From the NCBI GenBank assembly GCA_040879385.1, contig JBBDKM010000096.1, forward strand, positions 144,150-208,149: a stretch of DNA of 64,000 bases, given 5' to 3'. This document shows positions 51,624 to 61,671 of this stretch, piece after piece (the first letter of the stretch is position 1; each line of letters begins with the position of its first letter). The translations under genes and the position numbers were made by a program. The notes beneath the pieces are model-generated. The model saw only the letters and a program-made list of their open reading frames with translations, searched no databases and was not told the origin of the DNA. This DNA comes from Thermoanaerobaculia bacterium (GTDB taxonomy: Bacteria > Acidobacteriota > Thermoanaerobaculia > UBA5066 > Gp7-AA6).

Positions 51624-54242
51624 ATGCGATACCTGATCTGCGTCTTCGTCGCGCTCCTGCTGCTCGGCGGCGTCGCCCTCCACGCCGAAGACCATGACCA
51701 GAAGGTCGACCCCTGGGTGCTCGCCACGGCGTCCCAAGGCGATACGGAGTTCCTGGTGTTCCTCCAGGAGCAAAGCGACCTTCGCGGAGCCGTAGCGATG
51801 CAGGAGAAGAAGCGCAAGGGGGTTTTCGTGGTCGATTCTCTGCGGTCGATCGCGGAGGCGACGCAGAAACCACTGCTCGCTCTTCTCTCCGAGCGTGGCG
51901 CCGCGCATCGCCCCTTCTGGGTCGCCAACATGATCTGGGTGCGCGGGAATCGCCGACTCATCGGTGAGCTGGCGGCTCGCGAGGATGTCTTCCACATCTA
52001 CGCGAACCCGAGAGTCCGCTTCGAAAGCCCCGCCCTGCACGGGGACGCAGCCAGTATTCCGCTGGGAGTGGAGTGGAACGTTTTGCAGGTGAGCGCGCCG
52101 GACGTCTGGGCGCTGGGGTTCTCGGGACAAGGAGTCGTTGTGGGCGGCGCCGACACCGGATATCAGTGGGACCACCCCGCCTTGAAGAACGCGTACCGGG
52201 GTTGGAATGGGATGAACGTCGATCACAACTACAGCTGGCACGACGCGATCCACTCCGGTGGCGGCTCCTGCGGCGCCGACTCCCCGGCTCCGTGCGACGA
52301 CACAAACCACGGCACGCACACGATGGGCACGGCCGTCGGAGATGACGGCACTGGAAACCAGATCGGCGTGGCGCCGGGCGCGAAGTGGATCGGCTGCCGC
52401 AACATGGACCAGGGCGTCGGAACGCCGACGACCTATTCCGAGTGCTTCCAGTGGTTCATCGCTCCAACCGACCTCAGCGACGCGAACCCGGACCCGTCCA
52501 AGGCGCCTGACGTCATCAACAACTCCTGGATCTGCGCCCCCGAGGAGGGATGCACCGATCCGACCATATTACGCACCATCGTCGAGAACACGCGCGCCGC
52601 AGGCATCGAGGTCGTTGCCTGTGCCGGCAACGGCGGGGGTTGCGGCACAGTCGGGATCCCGGCGCTGTTCGACGCGACCTTTGCCGTGGGAGCCACGGAC
52701 AATCTCGACCTCATCGCCAAGCTCTCCCGACGCGGGCCCGCCGAGTTCGACGGCAGCGGACGCGTCAAGCCCGATGTCTGTGCCCCTGGCGTCAACGTGC
52801 GGTCGAGTGTGCCGCCAAACGACTACGCATACAACAGCGGCACGAGCATGGCGTCTCCTCACGTTGCAGGGCTGACGGCGCTTCTGATTTCGGCCGATCC
52901 GCGGCTTTCAGGGAATCCGGACGCGCTCGAGCAGCTCATGACGTCGGCCGCGATTCATTCCACGACGGACGAGAACTGCGGCGGGCTCCCCGGCACCACG
53001 ATCCCGAACAACACGTACGGCTGGGGGCGGGTCGACGCGCTGGCGGCGGTCCAAGCCGCGAGCGCGGACCTCGCGCTGGTCCAGACAGGGGCGCCCGATC
53101 CATCGGTACCGGGGCACGCGGTGACGTTTGTCCTCACGGCTTCGAACGCCGGCCCCGCTACCGCCGACCCGGTCACTCTGCAGGTCAACCTCAGCTCCAC
53201 GGCAACGGGCGTGACAGCTGCGACGAGCCAGGGAACGTGCGTCGCTTCCGATACTTCCGTCATCTGCGATCTCGGCTCCATCGCCGCGGGCGCGGCGGTC
53301 GTCGTCGCGATCCGCGCGACACCGACGCAATCCGGCCCGCTCGTGAGCGCGGCCTCGCTTTCCCACCCTGGATTGGATCTCCAACCCGGAAACGAGATTT
53401 CGACGCTCCAAACAGCGGTCCTCGCGTGTCCCCTACCCGCTCCCGTCGTGACGGCTCCCACTTCCGTCCCTCCGCTCACCGACGGCCTACAGGCCTCGAT
53501 GCCTCTCGACCCCTGGCTCGAAGTTTTTTGGTCGCTTTTCCAGGCTTTCCCGTCGTCGTTTGATCCACCGGGCACGCTGACGTTTCGATCCGGACAGCCT
53601 GGCAGAACGATCACCCTGAATGCCTCAACGCTCGTACGTGACGGCGACGAAGCGATCTGCACGTCACCGAACTCGACGATGCTGATTTCGATCGATTTCT
53701 TCGACACGCCTCCCTCGCATGCCTTCCACGACTTCGTCAACACTCTCTCGCGCAACTGGCTAACGAACGGCTGCGGCGAAGGCAATTTCTGTCCAGACGC
53801 ACCGGTCACGCGCGCGCAGATGGCGGTGTTCCTCCTGCGGGCAGAGCACGGGATTATCTACACACCTCCTTTCTGCACCGGTATCTTTCTCGATACGCCC
53901 TGCCCCGGCCCCTTCACCGACTGGATCGAGCAGCTCGCGGCCGAGGGCGTGACTTCCGGCTGCGGCAATGGCAACTACTGCCCCGACAATGCCGTGACGC
54001 GCGCGCAGATGGCGGTGTTCCTCCTGAGGACGCTGCTCGGTTCAGGCTACGTTCCGCCCGTCGTCGCCCAGATCTTCGACGACGTGCCGCCTGGCGCATT
54101 TGCCTACGACTGGATCAACGACCTCTCCGGCCGCGGCGTCACAGGCGGCTGCAGCTCCTCGCCGCTCCTGTACTGCCCCGGCAACTCCAATACCCGCGGG
54201 CAGATGGCGGTGTTTATAGTCAAGATATTCGATCTTCAGTGA
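51624..54242 (+). CDS. secreted subtilisin-like (S8) serine protease with DUF11-like repeat and C-terminal 3x SLH-like module
   Basis: Signal peptide MRYLICVFVALLLLGGVALHA and an I9-like propeptide. The catalytic residues are D in GGADTGY, H in HGTHTMGT and S in SGTSMASPHVAG. A DUF11-like repeat (ADLALVQTGAPDPSVPGHAVTFVLTASNAGP) is followed by the SLH-like module. Confidence 0.9.
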   Translation: MRYLICVFVALLLLGGVALHAEDHDQKVDPWVLATASQGDTEFLVFLQEQSDLRGAVAMQEKKRKGVFVVDSLRSIAEATQKPLLALLSERGAAHRPFWVANMIWVRGNRRLIGELAAREDVFHIYANPRVRFESPALHGDAASIPLGVEWNVLQVSAPDVWALGFSGQGVVVGGADTGYQWDHPALKNAYRGWNGMNVDHNYSWHDAIHSGGGSCGADSPAPCDDTNHGTHTMGTAVGDDGTGNQIGVAPGAKWIGCRNMDQGVGTPTTYSECFQWFIAPTDLSDANPDPSKAPDVINNSWICAPEEGCTDPTILRTIVENTRAAGIEVVACAGNGGGCGTVGIPALFDATFAVGATDNLDLIAKLSRRGPAEFDGSGRVKPDVCAPGVNVRSSVPPNDYAYNSGTSMASPHVAGLTALLISADPRLSGNPDALEQLMTSAAIHSTTDENCGGLPGTTIPNNTYGWGRVDALAAVQAASADLALVQTGAPDPSVPGHAVTFVLTASNAGPATADPVTLQVNLSSTATGVTAATSQGTCVASDTSVICDLGSIAAGAAVVVAIRATPTQSGPLVSAASLSHPGLDLQPGNEISTLQTAVLACPLPAPVVTAPTSVPPLTDGLQASMPLDPWLEVFWSLFQAFPSSFDPPGTLTFRSGQPGRTITLNASTLVRDGDEAICTSPNSTMLISIDFFDTPPSHAFHDFVNTLSRNWLTNGCGEGNFCPDAPVTRAQMAVFLLRAEHGIIYTPPFCTGIFLDTPCPGPFTDWIEQLAAEGVTSGCGNGNYCPDNAVTRAQMAVFLLRTLLGSGYVPPVVAQIFDDVPPGAFAYDWINDLSGRGVTGGCSSSPLLYCPGNSNTRGQMAVFIVKIFDLQ
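53697..54239 (+). other. triple SLH-like C-terminal module, copy 3 (181 aa)
   Basis: Same architecture. The last about 30 nt switch to low-GC codons and are shared with copy 4. Confidence 0.75.
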
Positions 54243-54249
54243 GAGCAAG

Positions 54250-54337
54250 CAGCGCCTCGCCGTTCCTCTACTGCCCCGCCAACTCCAACACCCGCGGTCA
54301 GATGGCGGTGTTCCTGACGAAGACGTTCGGGCTGTAA
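54250..54337 (+). pseudogene. orphan 3' fragment of an SLH-like module
   Basis: It encodes ...[28 protein letters not shown]-stop with no start codon, 8 nt after the stop of the S8 protease gene. It is nearly identical at nucleotide level to the last about 85 nt of gene 49680..51488. Confidence 0.8.
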
Positions 54338-54428
54338 CGGGCTGGTGGTTCGCTCCTACCGGGAGGCTCCCCTTGGGGACTGCCTTCCGGCATAATCCCC
54401 CGTTACTCACGGAAGGAAGGACCATCTG

Positions 54429-57021
54429 ATGCGATCCCGCGCGACTCTCGCCTCGTGCTTCGTGCTCGCCCTGGCGGCCGCCTCCGGAACGGCCCGTGGA
54501 GAGGAGCTCTCGCAGAAGGTCGACTCCTGGGTGCTCGACACCGCTTCGCGCGGCGACACGGAGTTCCTCGTGATGCTGCGCGAGCAGGGCGACCTGCGCG
54601 GCGCCCGCGCCCTCTCCTCGAAGGTCGAAAAAGGCGCCTTCGTCATGGACGCGCTTCGGTCCACGGCGGACCGGACCCAGAGACCCCTTCTCGACTTTCT
54701 CGTTGAACGCGGCGCGGCGTACCGGCCCTTCTGGGTCGCCAACATGGTCTGGGTCCGCGGGAGTCTCAGCCTCGTCGAGGAGCTCGCGGCGCGAAGCGAC
54801 GTCTTCCACATCTACGCCAATCCACGCGCAGCAACCGTCGCTCGACGCCCCTAACGCGATCGAGTGGGGCGTGATGAAGATCCGCGCGCCAGACGTCTGG
54901 GCCCTCGGCTTCACCGGCCAGGGCGTCGTCGTTGCGGGCGCAGACACGGGCTACCAGTGGGACCACCCTGCGCTCAAGGGCAAGTACAGAGGCTGGACCG
55001 GCCTCGGCGCGAACCACAACTACAACTGGCACGACGCGATCCACTCGGGAGGCGGCGTCTGCGGGGCCGACGCGATCGCTCCGTGCGACGACCACTTCCA
55101 TGGCACTCACACGATGGGCACGATGGTCGGCGACGATGGGGGCAGCAATCAGATCGGCGTGGCGCCCGGCGCGAAGTGGATCGGCTGTCGCAACATGGAT
55201 CAAGGCGACGGAACGCCGACGACCTACTCCGAGTGCTTCCAGTGGTTCATCGCACCGACGAACCTTGCGGGCCAGAACCCGGACCCCTCCAAGGCGCCGC
55301 ACGTCATCAATAACTCCTGGGCATGTCTCCCGAATGAAGGGTGCACCGACCCAACAATTCTCCAGACCGTCGTCGAGAACACGCGCGCGGCCGGCATCGA
55401 GGTCGTGGTCTCCGCGGGCAATAGCGGTCCTTCATGCAACACGGTCGAGGACCCGCCCCCGATCTACGCCGCGTCGTTCTCTGTCGGAGCGACCGACAGC
55501 AGCGACAACATCGCCAGCTTCTCTAGCCGGGGCCCTGTCACGGTCGACGGCAGCAACCGGCCCAAGCCGGACATCAGCGCTCCGGGCGTCGACGTGCGCT
55601 CGAGCGTCCCCGGCGGGGGCTACTCCAACTTCAGCGGCACGAGCATGGCCGGGCCGCACGTCGTGGGCGTCGTCGTACTGGTCCTTTCGGCGAGCCCCGC
55701 GATCATCGGCGATCCCGACGCGATCGAGCCCGTCATCACCTCCTCGGCCGTGCCGCGCACCTCGGGCGAGACCTGCGGCGGCGTGCCGGGCAGCGAGATT
55801 CCCAACAACACCTACGGCTGGGGCCGGGCCGACGCGCTCGCCGCCGTCGCCGCCACCGGAGTGGACCTCGCGATCTCGCAGACGGATTCTCCGGATCCCG
55901 CCATCCCGGGCGCCGCCGTGACTTATCTGGTCACCGTCTCGAACTTGGGCCCGGCGCAGGCGAGCGCCGTCCACGTGGACGACGTGTTCTCGCTCTCGGT
56001 CGCGATCGACTCGGCGACCCCGAGCCAGGGAAGCTGCGTAGTCGGGGCAAACTCCGCCTCCTGCGATCTCGGCTCGATCGCCAGCGGCGCGGGCGCGACG
56101 ATCACGGTCGTGACGACGCCCTCGGCGCCCGGCACCGGGACGGCGGCCTCGAGCGTGTCCTCACCCGAGCTCGACGTCAACTCCGCGAACAACGCGTTCC
56201 CGGTCCAGACGACCGTAGAAGCCTGCCCCCCGCCCGCGCCGACGATCACGGCGCCCTCTTCGGTGCCGCCTGCGACCAGCGGCCTGTCGGCCTCCGCCTC
56301 CTCGGGGGCAGGCCACACCGACACGTGGACTCTGACGGGCGGAACGATCGACTCCGGGCAGGGCACCAACCAGATCACCTTTACGTCGGGCAGCCCGGGG
56401 ACGTCGATGCTCCTCGAGGTCGTCGATTCGATCCTCGGCTGCGACGCGCCGCTCGCCAGTACGTCGATCTCCGTCGACTTTCTCGACGTTCCTCCGGCGC
56501 ATCCGTTTCACGACGCCGTGAACACGGTGGCGCGCAACGGCGTGACGGCTGGCTGCGGCGGCGGCAACTACTGCCCCGGCACCTCCGTGACCCGCGCCCA
56601 GATGGCCGTCTTCCTCTTGAAGAGCAAGCTCGGCGCCGCCCACGTCCCTCCCCCGGCGACGGGCACCGTCTTTCTCGACGTGCCCCAGGGCTCCTTCGCC
56701 GCCGACTGGATCGAGGAGCTCGCTTCCCTCGGCGTCACCGGCGGCTGCGGCGGCGGCAACTACTGCCCCGACTCCCCCGTCACACGGGCCCAGATGGCCG
56801 TTCTCCTCTTGAAGACCCTGCTCGGCTCGGCTTACGCGCCCCCGGTCGTGGCCCAGATCTTCAACGACGTGCCCCCAGGCGCCTTCGCCTACGACTTCAT
56901 CAACGACCTCGCCAATCGAGGCATCACCGGGGGGTGCGGCGGCGGAAATTACTGCCCCAATGCCCCCAACACGCGCGGGCAGATGGCGGTGTCTATCGTC
57001 AAGACTTTCGATCTTCAGTGA
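54429..57021 (+). pseudogene. second S8 serine protease with 3x SLH-like module, reading frame broken near 54825 (pseudogene or assembly error)
   Basis: It is a paralog of 51624..54242. ORF 54429..54854 encodes the signal peptide and propeptide up to FHIYANPR, then hits TAA. The catalytic domain (NAIEWGVMKIRAPDVWALGFTGQGVVVAGADTGY, HGTHTMGT, GTSMAGPHVVG) continues in the frame of ORF 54703..57021. Confidence 0.6.
56479..57018 (+). other. triple SLH-like C-terminal module, copy 4 (180 aa)
   Basis: Same architecture. All three repeats carry GCGGGNYCP. Confidence 0.75.
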
Positions 57022-57278
57022 GAGCAAGGCCCATTCGGCGGTACTCCAGTCTAGCTTCATTCGGAAGTTACCGCTGACATTCGGTCTCTAGCAGTCCCCC
57101 ACGACCGCCCGGGGTCAGGCCGTATCTCCAACCTGCCCCACCGGACAGGTTTTCCTTGACCCAACGGCCAGGCTCCGGCGATACTCTTTCCTCCAATTTA
57201 CAAGGGGTCTTCGTCAGACGAGCCGACAGGGGGGCTGTGCCGTTGGTTTACATTCAGGCAGACCGCCGACGCCGGGCG

Positions 57279-60200
57279 ATGGCGTCCTTCCTCGTCGGCC
57301 TCGCGATGGCGAGCGCCGCCTCGGCGGCCAGCTACAAGCAGCAGGGGTTCTCCGAGTCCGTCGTCTTCAGCGGGCTGACCAATCCGACCGTGGTCCGCTT
57401 CCTGCCGGACGGACGGGTTCTCGTCGCCGAAAAGAGCGGCCTGATCAAGATCTTTCCCAACCTCACGACCAACACGTACACGGTCGTTGCCGATCTGCGC
57501 ACCGTGACGCACAACTTCTGGGACCGCGGCCTGCTCGGCCTGGCGGTGCCGCCCGGCTTCGACCCCGCTTCCCCCGAGGACTGGCGCCGTTACATCTACG
57601 TCCTCTACACGCACGACGCGCTGATCGGCGGCGTCGCCCCGAAGTGGGGTGTCGTCAATGGGACCTCCGATCCCTGCCCCGCTCCGCCTCTGGGACCGGG
57701 GGCCACGACGGACGGCTGCATGGTCAGCGGCCGTCTCTCGCGGCTCCTGGCCGTCGGAGCCAACTGGACGGCGAGCGAGCAGGTGCTGCTCGAGGACTGG
57801 TGCCAGCAGTTCCCCAGCCACGCCACCGGGTCGCTCGACTTCGGCGCCGACGAGAAGCTCTACGTTTCCGGCGGCGACGGGGCGAGTTTCACCAACTCGG
57901 ACTGGGGCCAGTACGGCGGCACGGTCCAGGTGCAGGGCGCTCCCGGCACCTACTACACCCCCGCCAATCCGTGCGGCGATCCTCCTTTTCCTCTCGGCAC
58001 GCCGCAGACCAAGCCAACCGCCGAAGGCGGCGCGCTCCGCAGCCAGAGCCCTCGACGCACGGCGGGTGAGCCGCGCCTGTTGAACGGCGCTCTCCTGCGG
58101 GTCGATCCCTCGACCGGCAACGCCCTGCCGGATAACCCGCTCTTCGCGAGCGCGGACGAGAACGAGCGGCGGATCATCGCCTACGGCCTGCGCAACCCCT
58201 TCCGAATGATCGTCAAGCCGGGCTCCAACGAGGCCTGGATCGCGGACGTGGGCTGGGGCACCTGGGAGGAGCTCAACCGGGCTCCCGATCTCTCGACCGC
58301 GCGCAATTTCGGCTGGCCCTGCTTCGAGGGCAACGCCACGCAATACACGGGCCTGAACATCTGCCCCCCGCAAGCGCAGACCGTCGCCCCGTTCTTCACG
58401 TACAACCACAGCGCGTCCGTCATCCCCGGCGACGGCTGCACGACGGGCAGCTCCTCGGTCGCGGGGATGGCGTTCTACCAGGGCGGCAGCAACTACCCCT
58501 CGAGCTATGAGAACGCCCTCTTCTTTTCGGACTACTCACGCAAGTGCCTCTGGGTGATGTTCCCGGGGGGCGGCGGCGACCCCGACCCGAGCCTGCGCGC
58601 CGCCTTCGCCTCCCAAGCTTCCGGCCCCGTCGACCTCCAGATCGGCCCCGACCGGAATCTCTACTACGTCAACTTCGACACGGGCACCATCAACCGGGTC
58701 AAGTACGGCCTGAACGCCGTCGCCACGGCCAGCCCCACCGCGGGGAGCGCCCCGCTCTTAGTCGACTTCAGCGGCGCCTCCTCCCAGCCGGCACAGGTCG
58801 GAGACACCCTGACCTACGCCTGGGACCTCGACGGCGACGGGGAGTATGACGACTCGACGGCGCTCGCCCCGTCGTACACCTACGACACGCCCGGCACCTA
58901 CGTCGTGCGGCTGAAGGTCACCGACCAGCGCGACGCCTCCGACATCAGCGATCCCATCACGATCTCGGCCGACAACACGGCACCCACGGCGATCATCGAC
59001 ATGCCCGCTCCGTCGCTCACCTGGAAGGTCAACGACACGATTGCCTTCAGCGGCCACGCGACCGATCCGCAGGAAGGGACGCTTCCGGCGACCCGGCTCG
59101 ATTGGGCGATCCTCATCCAGCACTGCCCCTCCACCTGTCACGCCCACACGTACCAGACGTTCGACGGTGTCGCGAGCGGCAGCTTCCCGGCTCCCGACCA
59201 TGAGTACCCGTCCCACATCGAGATCCGGCTGACGGCCACCGACACGCAGGGCCTCACACACACGGCCTCGGTCCTCCTCCAGCCCCAGACGTCGAACCTG
59301 ACGTTTCAGACGACGCCCGCGGGCCTGCAGTTGACCGTGGGCACCGCGCCCCCGCAGACGACTCCGTTCACGCGAACCGTCATCGTCGGCTCACTGAACT
59401 CGGTGGAAGCCCTCACCCCCCAGGGCTCCTTTCCGGACGTCTGGGACTTCTCCGCCTGGTCGGACGGGGGCGCGCAGACCCACAACGTGACGGCACCCGC
59501 CGCGGCGACGACCTACACGGCGACGTACGCCACGCATGCCGACCTCAGCCTCGGCGCGACGGGCTCGTCCGAGCCGGCGGGCGCCGGCGCGACCATCACG
59601 TACACGCTGAACGTCTCGAACGCCGGCCCCTCGCAGGCCAACGGGCTGTCGGTCACCGACACCCTTGCGCCCGGGACGACCTTCGTTTCGGCGGGCGGCG
59701 CGGGCTGGTCCTGCGCGGGGACCGGCCCCGTCACGTGCACGCTCCCCGCGCTCGGAATCGCCTCGGCGGCGCCGCTCGCGATCAGCGTCACCGCTCCCCC
59801 GGACGCGGGTGCCATTCTCAACAACGCGTCCGTCGCCTCCTCGACGAACGACCCGGCAATCGCGAACAACAGCGCCGCGACGACGACCAACGTCTTCGCG
59901 CAGGCGGACGTGTCGATCACGCAGAACGGCTCCCCGGCCGCGGTTTGCCCCGGCCAGCCCGTCACGTACACGCTCAACGTCTCGAACGCGGGCCCCTCCG
60001 CGGCGACCTCCGTGACGGTGACCGACACCATTCCCGCGGGAGCGTCGTTCGAGTCGGTTTCGGGCTCCGGCTGGTCGTGCAGCGGCACGGCGACGGTCAC
60101 CTGCACGCGCGCCTCGCTCGCCGTCGGCGCGGCGCCGCCCATCGCGATCACGGTGAACGCGCCGGCGTCGGCCGGCACGGCCACGAACGCCGCGTCCGTC

Positions 60201-61562
60201 TCCTCGCCGACGAACGATCCGGGCCCGGGCCTGAACTCCTCGAACGCGTCGACGACGGTCAACGCGATTCCTCCGCCGCCCGCGGCCTCGAATGTCGGGC
60301 CGGTCTGCGCGGGCGACACGCTGCAGCTGTCGGCTTCGACGGTTGCCGGCGCGACGTACGCCTGGACGGGGCCGAACGGGTTCGTCTCCTCGCAGCAGAA
60401 TCCCGCGATTCCGAACGTCACGCCGGCGGCTGCCGGCGTCTATTCCGTCACGGTCACCGTCAACGGGTGCGCCTCGGCGGCCGCCACGACGGCCGTGGTC
60501 GTTCGATCCCAGCCCGCCGCCGCCGTCTCGGGCGGCGCGGAGATCTGCCAGGGCGGCTCGACGCAGATCTCCGCGGCTCTGACGGGCACGGGACCCTGGA
60601 ACATCAGCTGGTCCGACGGCCTGGCGCAGAGCGCCGGCGTCTCTCCCGCGACGAGAACCGTGAGCCCGTCCACGACGACGGTCTACACCGTGATCGCCGT
60701 CCTGGACGCGCACTGCTCCGGCGCGGGAGTGGGGAGCGCGACGGTCACGGTCGGTCTGCCCGTCGCGGCTCCGACGATCGTGGCGCCGGTCTCCGTTGGC
60801 GCCGGCGCCACGGGCCTCGCGGCGAGCGTGGCCGGCCACGCGGGCTCGACCTACCAGTGGGCGCTGACGGGCGGCACGATCACGTCCGGCTTGGGGACGG
60901 CCCAGATCACGTTCGACGCCGGCGCCCCCGGAACGACCATGGTCCTCTCGGTCACCGAGACCAATACCGCGTGCGTTTCGCCGGCGGCGTCGGCCCGCGT
61001 GCAGGTCGACTTCCTCGACGTGCCTCCCGCGCATGCCTTCCATGACTTCGTCAACACCATCGCCCGAAACGGCGTCACGGCGGGGTGCGGCAACGGGACG
61101 ACGTTCTGCCCGGACAATCCGAACACGCGCGCGCAGATGGCTGTGTTCCTCCTGAAGTCGAAATACGGCGCCGAGCATGTCCCTCCCGCGGCCACGGGAA
61201 CGGTCTTCCTCGACGTTCCGGCGGCGGACCCGTTCGCTCCATGGATCGAGGAGCTCGCGGCCCTCGGCGTCACGGTCGGCTGCGGAGGCGGCAACTACTG
61301 CCCGGGCGCGTCGGTCACGCGGGCTCAGATGGCGGTCTTTCTGCTGAAAACCTTCCTCGGAAGCGCGTACGTCCCGCCGGCCGTCGCCCAGATCTTCGAT
61401 GATGTGCCGCCCGGCGCGTTCGCCGCGAACTGGATCAATGACCTCTACGGGCGCGAGATCTCCGGAGGCTGTCAGCAGAGCCCGCCCCTCTATTGCCCGA
61501 CCAACCCGGTCACGCGCGGCCAGATGGCGGTGTTCCTGGTCAAGACGTTCAGTCTTCAATAA
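57279..61562 (+). CDS. giant secreted multidomain protein: PQQ-dependent sugar dehydrogenase-like propeller, PKD, DUF11 and Ig-like repeats, C-terminal 3x SLH-like module
   Basis: The signal peptide MASFLVGLAMASAASAAS starts at the ATG at 57279 (the ORF is open from the TTG at 57156). A GSDH-like segment (VVFSGLTNPTVVRFLPDGRVLVAEKSGLIKIF, AYGLRNPFR) comes first. It is followed by PKD (YAWDLDGDGEYDD...GTYVVRLKVTD), two DUF11-like repeats, Ig-like repeats (GATYAWTGPNGF...) and the SLH-like module. Confidence 0.85.
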   Translation: MASFLVGLAMASAASAASYKQQGFSESVVFSGLTNPTVVRFLPDGRVLVAEKSGLIKIFPNLTTNTYTVVADLRTVTHNFWDRGLLGLAVPPGFDPASPEDWRRYIYVLYTHDALIGGVAPKWGVVNGTSDPCPAPPLGPGATTDGCMVSGRLSRLLAVGANWTASEQVLLEDWCQQFPSHATGSLDFGADEKLYVSGGDGASFTNSDWGQYGGTVQVQGAPGTYYTPANPCGDPPFPLGTPQTKPTAEGGALRSQSPRRTAGEPRLLNGALLRVDPSTGNALPDNPLFASADENERRIIAYGLRNPFRMIVKPGSNEAWIADVGWGTWEELNRAPDLSTARNFGWPCFEGNATQYTGLNICPPQAQTVAPFFTYNHSASVIPGDGCTTGSSSVAGMAFYQGGSNYPSSYENALFFSDYSRKCLWVMFPGGGGDPDPSLRAAFASQASGPVDLQIGPDRNLYYVNFDTGTINRVKYGLNAVATASPTAGSAPLLVDFSGASSQPAQVGDTLTYAWDLDGDGEYDDSTALAPSYTYDTPGTYVVRLKVTDQRDASDISDPITISADNTAPTAIIDMPAPSLTWKVNDTIAFSGHATDPQEGTLPATRLDWAILIQHCPSTCHAHTYQTFDGVASGSFPAPDHEYPSHIEIRLTATDTQGLTHTASVLLQPQTSNLTFQTTPAGLQLTVGTAPPQTTPFTRTVIVGSLNSVEALTPQGSFPDVWDFSAWSDGGAQTHNVTAPAAATTYTATYATHADLSLGATGSSEPAGAGATITYTLNVSNAGPSQANGLSVTDTLAPGTTFVSAGGAGWSCAGTGPVTCTLPALGIASAAPLAISVTAPPDAGAILNNASVASSTNDPAIANNSAATTTNVFAQADVSITQNGSPAAVCPGQPVTYTLNVSNAGPSAATSVTVTDTIPAGASFESVSGSGWSCSGTATVTCTRASLAVGAAPPIAITVNAPASAGTATNAASVSSPTNDPGPGLNSSNASTTVNAIPPPPAASNVGPVCAGDTLQLSASTVAGATYAWTGPNGFVSSQQNPAIPNVTPAAAGVYSVTVTVNGCASAAATTAVVVRSQPAAAVSGGAEICQGGSTQISAALTGTGPWNISWSDGLAQSAGVSPATRTVSPSTTTVYTVIAVLDAHCSGAGVGSATVTVGLPVAAPTIVAPVSVGAGATGLAASVAGHAGSTYQWALTGGTITSGLGTAQITFDAGAPGTTMVLSVTETNTACVSPAASARVQVDFLDVPPAHAFHDFVNTIARNGVTAGCGNGTTFCPDNPNTRAQMAVFLLKSKYGAEHVPPAATGTVFLDVPAADPFAPWIEELAALGVTVGCGGGNYCPGASVTRAQMAVFLLKTFLGSAYVPPAVAQIFDDVPPGAFAANWINDLYGREISGGCQQSPPLYCPTNPVTRGQMAVFLVKTFSLQ
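61011..61559 (+). other. triple SLH-like C-terminal module, copy 5 (183 aa)
   Basis: Same architecture. Confidence 0.75.
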
Positions 61563-61621
61563 GGGGGTCAGGTCTTGATTCTTCGGATTTTGAAACTCCG
61601 AAGTTCTGAGACCTGACCCCC
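61563..61621 (+). terminator. long GC-rich hairpin after the giant gene (putative intrinsic terminator, no U-tract)
   Basis: The outer 13-bp stem GGGGGTCAGGTCT pairs with AGACCTGACCCCC. It encloses a second inner stem, CTTCGGA...TCCGAAG. Confidence 0.45.
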
Positions 61622-61671
61622 TGTGACCCTGTGACCCGGGTCACTCGCCCGGCGCTCCGGCGGCGCTCAGA

